A stretch of DNA of 64,000 nt from an uncultured Solirubrobacterales bacterium (lineage in GTDB: Bacteria > Actinomycetota > Thermoleophilia > Solirubrobacterales > Solirubrobacteraceae): positions 46,954 to 110,953 of the forward strand of contig OY969791.1 in assembly GCA_963703135.1 (NCBI GenBank). The letters are read 5' to 3'. The notes below the pieces were generated by a model. The model was not told where the DNA came from, did no database searches, and worked only from the letters and a program-made list of their open reading frames with translations. Both the position numbers and the translations under genes were made by a program. Below are positions 24,613-33,112 of the stretch, in pieces (within the stretch, counting starts at the first letter, position 1; the number at the start of each line of letters is the position of its first letter).

Positions 24613-25224
24613 TCAACGCTCGAACTCGAACTCTGCGCCGGCTGGGGCCGAGGCCGCCGTGGGCGATGGGGACTCGGTCGGGGCGTCCACCCTCACGTCC
24701 GCGGTCGCCTTGGCACGGCGAGCCACAACTGTTTGCCGCGCTTGGGCGGACGGAGTAGCCGTCGAGCCGCCACCTGGACCGTCCGCGACGCCGGGGAGCG
24801 AGCTTTCGGGAGTACCCGCGGGACTCGCCGGGCGCTCGTTCGATCGAGCTTGCAAGTCTGGCCTCGCACTGGAGGCTCCCGGCGCTCGGCGCTCCGAGCC
24901 GGAGCTTGCCGGCGGTATCGGGTGAGCGGCTGAGGGCGCCGACGCGCCGGCTCCCGGCGGAGAACTCTGGCCGTGCAGATGGGAGACGACCAGTCCGCCC
25001 GCCCCGATAGCCGCGCCCAGCAGCAACCCGACTCCGATCAAGCGGGGCCCGCGCGAGCGCGCGCCGGGCGCCGGGACTCCCACCTCGGGGGCCCTCCCGA
25101 GGAAATCGCTCTCCGGTTCATCGTGCGGAGGCTCGGTCTCCCCCGCCGGGTGGCCGTCGGAGACGTACTCGTCTTGGCCGTAGACGCAATAGACCTGACG
25201 TGGGGCGCGGCGCCAAAGACTCAT
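24613..25224 (-). CDS. Single-pass membrane protein with a Pro/Ser/Ala-rich extracytoplasmic tail (possible anti-sigma-like partner)
   Basis: A ~60-aa acidic cytoplasmic N-terminus, the TM LIGVGLLLGAAIGAGGLVV, then a low-complexity tail. Its stop lies 4 nt upstream of the TcpC-like start. Confidence 0.5.
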   Translation of the reverse strand: MSLWRRAPRQVYCVYGQDEYVSDGHPAGETEPPHDEPESDFLGRAPEVGVPAPGARSRGPRLIGVGLLLGAAIGAGGLVVSHLHGQSSPPGAGASAPSAAHPIPPASSGSERRAPGASSARPDLQARSNERPASPAGTPESSLPGVADGPGGGSTATPSAQARQTVVARRAKATADVRVDAPTESPSPTAASAPAGAEFEFER

Positions 25225-25393
25225 CGCGCTTTTCCCGAGCGGAGGGCGCAGGTCACGCAGGCGACCGGGAGCGAGGATGGGGAGAAATCCCGCTCCCGGC
25301 CGCTTGCATGCGAACGGGAAGCGCCGGTCGATCGTCTCGGCAACCGATCTCCAGCGTCCCGAGGGACGCGCCTATGTGGGGGGCGAGGGGTTT

Positions 25394-26125
25394 TCATAGG
25401 TGTGTCCCTGCCTTCTCATCCGACGTGCGGAGGAAAGCGGGACACGCTCTCACCACGGATCGTGCGGCTGCAGTGGGATCGATCTCGCCCTGCTCGGCGA
25501 GCAGCCGGGCCAGCCTCGCGCGGGCGCGCTGGGCGACCTTGCGGTACTTCTCCTGCGACCAGCCGTGCGAGCGACAGAATTCCTCGCGAGTCTCGCGACC
25601 CACGAGCTGGCTCTTGAGCACCGAGCGCTGGTCGGGCGAGAGCCTGCTCGCGAGGCGGCAGATCAGAGCGAGGTCGTGGCGCGCCAGCGCGAGACGCTCG
25701 ACGTCGGCGCGAGCGTCCATCAGTTCGAGACCGCCTTCCCAGGCCCCTAGTGGCAGCGCCGTGGCCACGGCGGCCTCGATCGGGCTGCGTCCGCCCAGGG
25801 CACGACGACGATCTTGGATGCGCGAGGCGAAGCGTTGCTCGAGCGCGTTGGCGATGTGGGCGCGAGCGGAGAACGCGCTGTCGCGCTTGGCTCGCTTGAG
25901 CAACTCGAGCGTGGCCTGGCTGTAACAGTCCTCCAGGTCCTCCCTGGTGAGCCGGTGTCGATGGGCCGCCAGCAGTGTCTCGCGTCTTGCGCCGACGACT
26001 AGGGCCACCGTCTCGGTGGGGTCCGCCGGCGCTTGTCGGGCGAGGCCTCCGAGACGTTTGAAGCTCTCTTGTCGGGTAGACACGTAAGCATGTCGGTGCG
26101 AGTGGCCCCCACACCCCCCTCCCAA
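25394..26125 (-). CDS. Sigma-70-family (ECF-like, regions 2 and 4) transcription factor
   Basis: Region-2-like LTREDLEDCYSQATLELLKRAK. Region-4 HTH-like LSPDQRSVLKSQLVGRETREEFCRSHGWSQEKYRKVAQRARARL. Start uncertain. An alternative GTG at 26008 would remove the overlap with divergent yihY. Confidence 0.65.
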   Translation of the reverse strand: MGGGCGGHSHRHAYVSTRQESFKRLGGLARQAPADPTETVALVVGARRETLLAAHRHRLTREDLEDCYSQATLELLKRAKRDSAFSARAHIANALEQRFASRIQDRRRALGGRSPIEAAVATALPLGAWEGGLELMDARADVERLALARHDLALICRLASRLSPDQRSVLKSQLVGRETREEFCRSHGWSQEKYRKVAQRARARLARLLAEQGEIDPTAAARSVVRACPAFLRTSDEKAGTHL

Positions 26126-26983
26126 TTTCTGCGTGCGCGGCTGAACGCGCTCGATGAGTTCCAGCAGCGCCGGCCGGTGCTTGGCTTCGTGGTCGCCGTG
26201 TTCAAGCGCTTCGACGACGATCAGGCGAGCCAGCTGGGGGCGCTGATCGCCTATTACGGGTTCTTCTCGCTATTTCCCTTGCTGCTGGTGTTCGTGACGG
26301 TGCTGGGGTTCGTGCTGGAAGGCAGCCCGGCCACCCAGGAAAGCGTGGTGCACTCGACGCTCAGCCAGTTCCCGGTGATCGGCAACCAGTTGCAGCAGAA
26401 CGTCCATTCGTTGACGGGCAGCGTGCCGGCGCTTGCGATCGGGCTGCTCGGGGCGACGTTGGCGGGCCTCGGCATCACCGGCGCGGCCCAGAGCGCCTTC
26501 AACAAGGTGTGGGAGATCCCCCGTTCGCATCAGCTCGGGTTTTTGGCATGGCGCGTGCGCGGCGTGGGGATGCTTGTGGTGTTCGGCCTGCTGACGATCG
26601 TCTCGACTGTCGCCGCCGGCTATGTGACCGCTCAGACTACGGGCGCGCTCGCGCTGCTCGGCGGCATAGTCGTCGCCTTTGCGGCGAACCTGCTGTTGTT
26701 CTTTGCGGTCTTCCGGCTGCTGACCTCAGAGGAGGTGGCGACCCGCGAGCTCCTTCCGGGTGTGGTTGTGGCGGCGATCCTGTGGCAAGTGCTGCAGCAC
26801 GTTGGCGGTTTCTATGTGGAGCATGTGGTGCGCCACGCCAAGGAGACCTCGGGCTTGTTCGCGTTCGTGCTTGGGCTGCTGACCTGGCTTTATCTGGGCG
26901 GTCAGGTGACCGTTTTGGCGGCCGAGGTGAACGTCGTGCGCGCGCGGCGCCTGTGGCCGCGGCGCCTGTTCTCGGCGCCTTGA
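26090..26983 (+). CDS. yihY: YihY/BrkB-family membrane protein
   Basis: FKRFDDDQASQLGALIAYYGFFSLFPLLLVF.. followed by six TM segments is typical of YihY/virulence factor BrkB. ATG at 26090 chosen; the ORF begins at 26033. Confidence 0.8.
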   Translation: MSVRVAPTPPSQFLRARLNALDEFQQRRPVLGFVVAVFKRFDDDQASQLGALIAYYGFFSLFPLLLVFVTVLGFVLEGSPATQESVVHSTLSQFPVIGNQLQQNVHSLTGSVPALAIGLLGATLAGLGITGAAQSAFNKVWEIPRSHQLGFLAWRVRGVGMLVVFGLLTIVSTVAAGYVTAQTTGALALLGGIVVAFAANLLLFFAVFRLLTSEEVATRELLPGVVVAAILWQVLQHVGGFYVEHVVRHAKETSGLFAFVLGLLTWLYLGGQVTVLAAEVNVVRARRLWPRRLFSAP

Positions 26984-26986
26984 GGC

Positions 26987-27015
26987 CTCTCCAGCCGGCT
27001 GAGGAGATGTTTTTT
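26987..27015 (+). terminator. Possible intrinsic terminator after yihY
   Basis: An imperfect GC hairpin (CTCTCCAGCC/GGCTGAGGAG) is followed by TTTTTT at 27010-27015. Such a T-run is rare in this GC-rich window. Confidence 0.4.
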
Positions 27016-27069
27016 GGGACGTTGTGCCTGCGTGTCTCGATGCCGGGCCGGTGCCGCAAGTAACAGGAC

Positions 27070-27097
27070 TTGACGAGCGCCCACGGCGCGCTATACT
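27070..27097 (+). promoter_or_regulatory. Sigma-70-like promoter upstream of lon
   Basis: TTGACG (27070-27075), a 16-nt spacer, then TATACT (27092-27097). It lies 23-38 nt upstream of the lon start candidates. Confidence 0.5.
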
Positions 27098-27134
27098 AAC
27101 TACACTTTCGTAAGCACATATGGAGCGTATAGCG

Positions 27135-29489
27135 ATGGCTTCGACACCCTCATCTTCATCCGGCGGCGTCCCGTCGCCCGAGCAGCAAGCAAAGCCGGTG
27201 CTGCGCCTGATCCCACTCGACGACACGGTCGTGTTCCCGAGCATGGGCATCACGCTCACGGTCGACGTGGGCGACGACGAGCGCGTGGTCTTGGTGCCGC
27301 GCCACGAGAACGAGTTCCTGGAGGTCGGCACGATCGCCGAGGTCTCCGAGCAGTTGCGCCTACCGGGAGGCGCCCACGCGGTCGCCCTCTCCGGCGAGCA
27401 CCGCGCGCTGATCGGCGCCGCCCAGACGGGCCCCGAAGGAGAGTTGCGCGTCGAGGTGGACGAGCGCCCCGACGACGTGCCTGTGGACAAGCGCACCCGC
27501 GAGCTCGAGCGCGAATACCGCGCCGTGGTCGAGGAGATCCTCGAGCTACGCGGCGACGACGGGCGCATCGCGGCGTTCCTGCGCGCGATCGTGGAGCCCG
27601 GCCCCTTGGCGGACTCCGCCGGCTACTCCCCCAACCTGACCTACGAGCAGAAGGTCGAGCTGCTGCGCACGCTTGGCGTGACCGATCGGCTGGAGCTGGC
27701 TGTCAAGCTGCAACGCGACAGCCTGGCTGAGCTGCAGGTGCGCAAGCGCATCCGCGAGGACGTGCAAGAGGGCGCCGACAAGCAGCAGCGCGAGTACTTC
27801 CTGCGCAAGCAGATGGAGTCGATCCGCAAGGAGCTCGACGAAGACGAGACGTCGATCGTCGAGGAGTACAAGGCCAAGATCGAGGGCGCCGAGATGCCCG
27901 AGGATGTCCAGGAGCAGGCCCTGAAGGAGCTGGGCCGCCTGGAGCGGATGGGCGAGCAGACGGGCGAGTCCTCGATGATTCGCACCTACCTGGACTGGCT
28001 GATCGCGGTGCCTTGGAGCAAGCGCTCGGAGGAGCACCTCGATCCCGTGGCGGCGCGCGAAGTGCTGGACGCCGACCACGAGGGCTTGGAAGACGTAAAG
28101 GACCGCATCACCGAGTACCTGGCTGTGCGCAAGTTGCGCCAGGACCGCGGCATCGAGGCCGACCCCAAGTCGGGGGCGATCTTGACGTTGATCGGACCCC
28201 CGGGCACCGGCAAGACCTCGATAGGCGAGTCGATTGCACGTGCGACCGGACGCGAGTTCGTGCGCATGTCCCTTGGCGGCGTACGCGACGAGGCAGAGAT
28301 CCGCGGACACCGGCGCACCTACATCGGCGCCCTGCCGGGACGATTGGTCCGTGCCCTGCGCGACGCCGGCACGATGAACCCGGTGATCCTGCTCGACGAG
28401 GTCGACAAGGTCGGCGCCGACTGGCGCGGCGACCCATCGGCCGCGCTGCTCGAGGTGCTCGACCCGGCCCAGAACCACTCCTTCCGCGACCACTACCTGG
28501 ACGTGGAGCTGGACCTGAGCCAGGTCATGTTCATCGCCACCGCCAATGTGGCAGACACGATCCCCGGGCCGCTGCTCGACCGCATGGAGGTGATCCGCTT
28601 CGACGGCTACACCTCCGAGGAGAAGCTCGCGATCGCCAAGGGCTACCTATGGCCGCGCCAACGCGACCGCAACGGTCTGCGCGAGGACGAGGTGAATGTC
28701 TCCGATGAGGTGCTGCGCACGATCGTGAGCGAGTACACGCGCGAGGCGGGTGTACGCAACCTCGAGCGGGAGCTGGGCACGGTCTTGCGCAAGACGGCCA
28801 CAAGGATCGCCTCGGGCGAGGTGGAGCCACCTGTGGAGATAACCCTTGAGACCGTGCGCGACGCGCTCGGACGCCAGAAGTTCTTCCAGGAGTCGGCGGC
28901 ACGTACGGCTACACCGGGCGTGGCGACGGGTCTTGCCGTCACGGGCACCGGCGGCGACGTGCTGTTCGTCGAGGCCACGGCGATGAAGGGCAGCGGCTCG
29001 AGCGGCAACGGATTGGTGCTCACCGGGCAACTGGGCGACGTGATGAAGGAGTCGGCGCGAATCGCCCTCTCCTACGTGCGCGGCCACGCCGAGGATCTCG
29101 GCATCGATCCTGCGGCGTTTGAGAACAGCGAGTTCCATGTGCACGTACCGGCTGGCGCGATCCCCAAGGATGGCCCCAGCGCGGGCGTGACGATGGTCAC
29201 GGCACTCGCCTCGCTGCTCTCGGAGCGGCCGGTGAAGCACACGGTGGGGATGACCGGCGAGGTCACCTTGCAGGGTCGCGTGTTGCCGATCGGCGGGCTC
29301 AAGCAGAAGGTGCTTGCCGCCCACGCGGCAGGACTGACCGACGTGATCCTGCCGGAGCGAAACCGCGGCGATCTGGACGACATCCCCGAGGAGGTTCGCG
29401 AGCAGATGAGCTTTCACCCGGTGATGAGCATCGACGAAGTGCTCGACGTCGCTTTGGAGCCGGCACCCACGGTCGCCCAGGTCTCCTGA
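27135..29489 (+). CDS. lon: ATP-dependent Lon protease
   Basis: LON N-domain (LRLIPLDDTVVFPSMGITL), Walker A LIGPPGTGKTS, and the proteolytic domain PKDGPSAGVTMVTAL with the catalytic Ser. ATG 27135 has GGAGCG 8 nt upstream. An alternative ATG lies at 27120. Confidence 0.95.
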   Translation: MASTPSSSSGGVPSPEQQAKPVLRLIPLDDTVVFPSMGITLTVDVGDDERVVLVPRHENEFLEVGTIAEVSEQLRLPGGAHAVALSGEHRALIGAAQTGPEGELRVEVDERPDDVPVDKRTRELEREYRAVVEEILELRGDDGRIAAFLRAIVEPGPLADSAGYSPNLTYEQKVELLRTLGVTDRLELAVKLQRDSLAELQVRKRIREDVQEGADKQQREYFLRKQMESIRKELDEDETSIVEEYKAKIEGAEMPEDVQEQALKELGRLERMGEQTGESSMIRTYLDWLIAVPWSKRSEEHLDPVAAREVLDADHEGLEDVKDRITEYLAVRKLRQDRGIEADPKSGAILTLIGPPGTGKTSIGESIARATGREFVRMSLGGVRDEAEIRGHRRTYIGALPGRLVRALRDAGTMNPVILLDEVDKVGADWRGDPSAALLEVLDPAQNHSFRDHYLDVELDLSQVMFIATANVADTIPGPLLDRMEVIRFDGYTSEEKLAIAKGYLWPRQRDRNGLREDEVNVSDEVLRTIVSEYTREAGVRNLERELGTVLRKTATRIASGEVEPPVEITLETVRDALGRQKFFQESAARTATPGVATGLAVTGTGGDVLFVEATAMKGSGSSGNGLVLTGQLGDVMKESARIALSYVRGHAEDLGIDPAAFENSEFHVHVPAGAIPKDGPSAGVTMVTALASLLSERPVKHTVGMTGEVTLQGRVLPIGGLKQKVLAAHAAGLTDVILPERNRGDLDDIPEEVREQMSFHPVMSIDEVLDVALEPAPTVAQVS

Positions 29490-29502
29490 GGGAGTCCTTG
29501 GG

Positions 29503-29826
29503 ATGTCGCGCCCCGCTCGCAGATGTCAGCCGGTGCCCTTGGAGGTTCGCCAGGCGGCGGACCTCCTGGAGCGCCGCTGGCAGCTTTCGATCATTTACGC
29601 GGCTTTGACGGGGGCGTTGCGCTTCAACGAATTCGCGGAGGCGGTCGCCGGCATCTCCCCGCGGATGCTCTCCGAGCGCCTGCGCGACCTGGAGAGCGCG
29701 GGGCTGTTGGAGCGCACGGTGCTGCCCACCAGCCCACCCACGGTCGAGTACCGCTTGACCACCCGCGGCCGGCGCCTGGCGCCGGTGATCGAGGCGATGC
29801 GCGCCTACGCCGAGAGCGTCGGCTGA
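29503..29826 (+). CDS. HxlR-family winged-helix transcriptional regulator
   Basis: LLERRWQLSIIYAALTGALRFNEFAEAVAGISPRMLSERLRDLESAGLLERT is the HxlR signature. Confidence 0.85.
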   Translation: MSRPARRCQPVPLEVRQAADLLERRWQLSIIYAALTGALRFNEFAEAVAGISPRMLSERLRDLESAGLLERTVLPTSPPTVEYRLTTRGRRLAPVIEAMRAYAESVG

Positions 29827-31451
29827 GAGACGAGATCCCCCTCGTGGCAGCCGGCGGCGTCCAGGGCGGCGCCAACCAGCTGCCCGCCCTCGCAGTCTTC
29901 GGCGCTGACGGCTCGCTGAGGGTTGCGCACGCCGACGGCGCCGGCCACGCCTCCGGCCGCCACGAGGAACGCCGCGATCCCCATGCCCAGGTGGAAGCTG
30001 TCAAGCGAAGCTTCGTCGGCGGCCTGCGTGATCGCGCGAGCCTGGACTCGCGGTAGGCCGCTTGTGTCGGGACGACCGAGCGGTAGTCGCTTGGCTTCGG
30101 CGACCGCCGCCTTGGCGGGCGGGCCGAGCGGACGACCCGCGAGGTTGCTTTCCAAGCCCGAGACGAACGAGGCCGCCACCGCGGCGCCCACCGACGCGGT
30201 GCCGAGCAAGCCCGCCACGCGCGCCACCGCATTGTTCACGGCCGAGGCGATCCCGGCCTGCCCGGTATCCACGCCCGCAAGCACCGCGGCGGTGAGCGGA
30301 GCGACCGTCATCGAGAGGCCCAGCGAGAACACGAGTATGCCCGGGAGCACGTCTCTGACGTAGTCGACGTGCACACCGATCCGCTGAAACAGGAGCAGCC
30401 CCAAGGCGGCCACAAGCGGACCGAAGCCCATGAAAAAGCGCGGTCCGTGGCGATCGGCCAGCCCGCCGAAGCGCTTTGAGAAAGCGAACATGACGAGCGT
30501 CGCGGGCAGCGTCGCCAGACCGCTTTGCAGCGGGGTGTAGCCACCGATCTGCTGCAGGAAGATCGTCAAAAAGAAAAACAGGATCGCCAAGCCCGCGTAC
30601 ATCGCGAACGTCTCGATGTTGCCGGCCGAGAAGTTGCGCCGGCGAAAGAGCGCGAGCGGCAGCATCGGGTCGCGGCTGCGTGCCTCGTGCACGACGAAGC
30701 ACACAAGCAAAGCGACCCCCGCCACGAATGGCACGACGACGCCTGGGCTACCCCAACCGAGACGAGGCTGCTCGATCAGCGCAAATACGGGTCCTCCGAG
30801 ACCGAGCGCACACAGCACACCGCCCAGCACGTCGATCTGGCGGGCGCCTTCGCGACGCGGCTCGGCCGGGGGAATCGCGACCAAGATCAAGACGACGCAG
30901 ACGGCGACGAAAGGCAGGTTGATCAAGAAGATCGCACGCCAGGAGAACAACTGGATCAGCTCGCCTCCCGCGAGCGGTCCCAGCACTGTGGCGATCCCGC
31001 CCCAAGCCGTCCAACTGCCGATCGCCGGACCGCGCTCGGACTCCTTGAAGGTCGCCACGATCACCGCCAAGGCGCTCGGCGTGAGCAGAGCCCCGGCCAC
31101 ACCTTGAAGGGCCCTTGCCGCGATCAAAGCTCCGATCGTGGGAGCCAATGCGCACAGCAGCGAAGCGGCCCCGAAGCCCCCCACCCCGAGCGCGAAGATG
31201 CGTCGCTCGCCGTACAGGTCTCCGAGCGATCCTCCAATCAAGATCAGCGACCCGAGCGTGAGCAAGTAGGCGTTGACGACCCACTGCTGGGCCGCCAACC
31301 CGCCGCCCAGGTCGCGCTGGATCGTCGGTAGCGCCACGTTCACCACGGTGCTGTCCAGCAGCGCGATTGCCGAGCCGAGGATGCAGGCGACGAGCGTGAG
31401 CCGCTTGCGCAGGGCGACATCCGCAGCCACACGACTCGCGATCGAGCTCAT
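29805..31451 (-). CDS. MFS transporter, DHA2 (EmrB/QacA, 14-TM) family
   Basis: LDSTVVNVALPTIQRDLGG.. and about 14 hydrophobic segments over 548 aa. It is convergent with hxlR, with a 22-nt 3' overlap. Confidence 0.85.
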   Translation of the reverse strand: MSSIASRVAADVALRKRLTLVACILGSAIALLDSTVVNVALPTIQRDLGGGLAAQQWVVNAYLLTLGSLILIGGSLGDLYGERRIFALGVGGFGAASLLCALAPTIGALIAARALQGVAGALLTPSALAVIVATFKESERGPAIGSWTAWGGIATVLGPLAGGELIQLFSWRAIFLINLPFVAVCVVLILVAIPPAEPRREGARQIDVLGGVLCALGLGGPVFALIEQPRLGWGSPGVVVPFVAGVALLVCFVVHEARSRDPMLPLALFRRRNFSAGNIETFAMYAGLAILFFFLTIFLQQIGGYTPLQSGLATLPATLVMFAFSKRFGGLADRHGPRFFMGFGPLVAALGLLLFQRIGVHVDYVRDVLPGILVFSLGLSMTVAPLTAAVLAGVDTGQAGIASAVNNAVARVAGLLGTASVGAAVAASFVSGLESNLAGRPLGPPAKAAVAEAKRLPLGRPDTSGLPRVQARAITQAADEASLDSFHLGMGIAAFLVAAGGVAGAVGVRNPQRAVSAEDCEGGQLVGAALDAAGCHEGDLVSQPTLSA

Positions 31452-31505
31452 TGCTGCACGGTAGCCGCCCCGCCCTGCTCTTGGCCGAGATCCTGCGATC
31501 GAGGT

Positions 31506-32045
31506 CTAGTCTGTCGCGGCAAGCAACGCCCAGGCGGCCTTGCCTTCGCGCTCGGCCTTCACCACGATCCCCTCGGCCTGGAGACGACGAAGGTTCCCGT
31601 TGACGTTTGGAGCGCTCATCGCCGTCACGACGACCAGCTCGCCCACGGTGTGGGAGCCGTGATCCAGGGCGCCTAAGATCGCCTCGCGAGCCGCACCGCG
31701 CGCGGCTCGCTCGGGCTTGGGCTCGAGCTGCGACGCAGACTCGGAATTCGCCTCGGATCGCAAGCGAGACTCGGCCCTCGCATTGGGCTTGGCGGCGGGC
31801 ACAGTCTTCGCCTTGGGCGTGGCCGGGGAGCGTCGCGAGCGGGTCGCCGGAACACGCTTTCCAGTGCGTGCGCCGACCGCTGCCTTCCCAACGGTTCGAG
31901 CCGGAGGCTCGACACCGTTCCGATGCTCCTCCAGGAGGGCGTTCGCCGCATCGAGCAGGCGCTGTTGCTCGGCCAACAGCGGACGCAACTCCCGCAGACG
32001 CTCGTCGATTTCGAGGCGGATTGTGCTCAACAAGTCGGCGGCCAT
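31506..32045 (-). CDS. Winged-helix DNA-binding protein with an N-terminal coiled-coil and a basic linker
   Basis: ATG at 32045 with GGAAGGA 5 nt upstream. N-terminal helix MAADLLSTIRLEIDERLRELRPLLAEQQRLLD. C-terminal wHTH ILGALDHGSHTVGELVVVTAMSAPNVNGNLRRLQAEGIVVK. Confidence 0.6.
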   Translation of the reverse strand: MAADLLSTIRLEIDERLRELRPLLAEQQRLLDAANALLEEHRNGVEPPARTVGKAAVGARTGKRVPATRSRRSPATPKAKTVPAAKPNARAESRLRSEANSESASQLEPKPERAARGAAREAILGALDHGSHTVGELVVVTAMSAPNVNGNLRRLQAEGIVVKAEREGKAAWALLAATD

Positions 32046-32156
32046 ACGTGTCCTTCCAGGGTCAGTTTGTTCTCGGGCGGAGCATTTTCTCAAGCGAATC
32101 CTGCTTGACTCGCGCCACCTCCGCGACATCGACACAATCGGGGCGATCGGTGCCAG

Positions 32157-32645
32157 TTAGGTTGACTGCTCCGGATTCTCAGAGTCGTGAGCGGTTCGCT
32201 CGGTGGCGCTTGGCGCTGACGGCGTATCGGGAACAGGAACGGGAACGACTTCGAGGCCGTCGATGCCATTGAAGTCCGTTGGGTTGCAGGTATAGACCGG
32301 CAGGGCGTTGGCTACAGCCGTGGCGGCGATCATCGCGTCGTAGGTTCGCGCGGTGGTCTTGCGACCCGCGCGCCGCAATGAGGCAGCCACGCTACCGAAG
32401 GCCCGCGCAGCATCCGCGTCGAATGGCAGCGGCTCGAAATCTGTCTCGGCTTGCTGGAGTTGTGTTTGACGGGCGGCACGTTCGCTCTCCTCCTTGGCGA
32501 CCAGTGGACCAACCGAAAGCTCGGCGAGTGTCACTGACGTGATGAGCGGTTCGGCGGGGAGCGTCTTCGCGTCCGTGAGCTTCTCAAGAAGGATGACCGT
32601 CGATGTGTCCAGGATCCCGCGCGAGTGGAGCGGCTCCTCGCTCAC
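32157..32645 (-). CDS. vapC: PIN-domain toxin, VapC family
   Basis: ILDTSTVILLE.. supplies the first acidic PIN residue, followed by ..YDAMIAATAVANALPVYTCNPTDF. There is a 4-nt overlap with the upstream antitoxin. Confidence 0.8.
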   Translation of the reverse strand: MSEEPLHSRGILDTSTVILLEKLTDAKTLPAEPLITSVTLAELSVGPLVAKEESERAARQTQLQQAETDFEPLPFDADAARAFGSVAASLRRAGRKTTARTYDAMIAATAVANALPVYTCNPTDFNGIDGLEVVPVPVPDTPSAPSATERTAHDSENPEQST

Positions 32646-32878
32646 AAGCTTGAGTCCAGCAGTCGCTCGACATCTTCACGAAATATCACTGGGTCTACAG
32701 ACGGCAGCCGTCGCCAGCGACTCAACAGCGCCTCCGCCGACAGTCCGCGAGGCGATATAGCCCGCAGCTCAGCGACAGCCTTACCCGAGCGCGTGATCGT
32801 GATTTGCTCTCCACGCGCAGCGCGATCCACCACATCGCCGCCGTGGTTACGCAAATCCCGGATGCTGACGTCAGCCAT
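32642..32878 (-). CDS. vapB: Phd/YefM-type antitoxin (VapB partner)
   Basis: MADVSIRDLRNHGGDVVDRAARGEQITITRSGKAVAELR is the classic Phd/YefM N-terminus. ATG at 32878 (M40 of ORF 32642..32995). Confidence 0.8.
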   Translation of the reverse strand: MADVSIRDLRNHGGDVVDRAARGEQITITRSGKAVAELRAISPRGLSAEALLSRWRRLPSVDPVIFREDVERLLDSSL

Positions 32879-32884
32879 ACGACT

Positions 32885-32908
32885 GAGTGTATCACGCGTG
32901 ATACACTC
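32885..32908. promoter_or_regulatory. Perfect 24-bp palindrome (putative antitoxin operator overlapping a -10-like TACACT)
   Basis: GAGTGTATCACG|CGTGATACACTC. It ends 7 nt upstream of the antitoxin ATG on the minus strand. Confidence 0.6.
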
Positions 32909-32995
32909 GCTAGTCGAAGCGTACCCAGACCGTCCAGTAGCCGCAGTGGGGGCACAGGAGGACCAGCCCTCCTCCCGATTCCACCCAGAACTCAA

Positions 32996-33069
32996 TCGGG
33001 GCGGCCGGATTTGAACCGGCGACCCCCTGCTCCCAAAGCAGGTGCGCTACCAAGCTGCGCCACGCCCCG
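32996..33069 (-). tRNA. tRNA-Pro (anticodon UGG)
   Basis: The minus strand reads CGGGGCG TG GCGC AGCTTGGTA GCGC A CCTGC TTTGGGA GCAGG GGGTC GCCGG TTCAAAT CCGGC CGCCCCG A. This is a full cloverleaf of 74 nt with anticodon TGG. No CCA is encoded. Confidence 0.93.
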
Positions 33070-33112
33070 ATGACTACTAAGAGTAGACGCCGCTGCTAGC
33101 CTCCGCGCCGCG

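Larger units (their letters stand above)
16537..26125 (-). other. Type IV secretion (MPF-FATA-like) gene module lacking coupling protein, relaxase and integrase
   Basis: Eight co-directional, tightly spaced genes in the order sigma, membrane protein, ConB-like, ConC-like, ConD-like, VirB4/ConE-like, ConG-like, CwlT-like. Confidence 0.7.

Noticed and set aside
25265-25368. Two hairpins between the sigma gene and the next gene as Rho-independent terminators
   Set aside because: Neither is followed by a U-tract on the transcribed (minus) strand. They are noted only as possible attenuating structures within a finding.
26033-33069. Integrative element inserted at tRNA-Pro, possibly linked to the T4SS module
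   Set aside because: I could find no integrase or recombinase, excisionase, relaxase or direct repeat of the tRNA 3' end. Between the T4SS genes and the tRNA lie lon and yihY, which are housekeeping genes. At most a small vapBC/wHTH islet is plausible.
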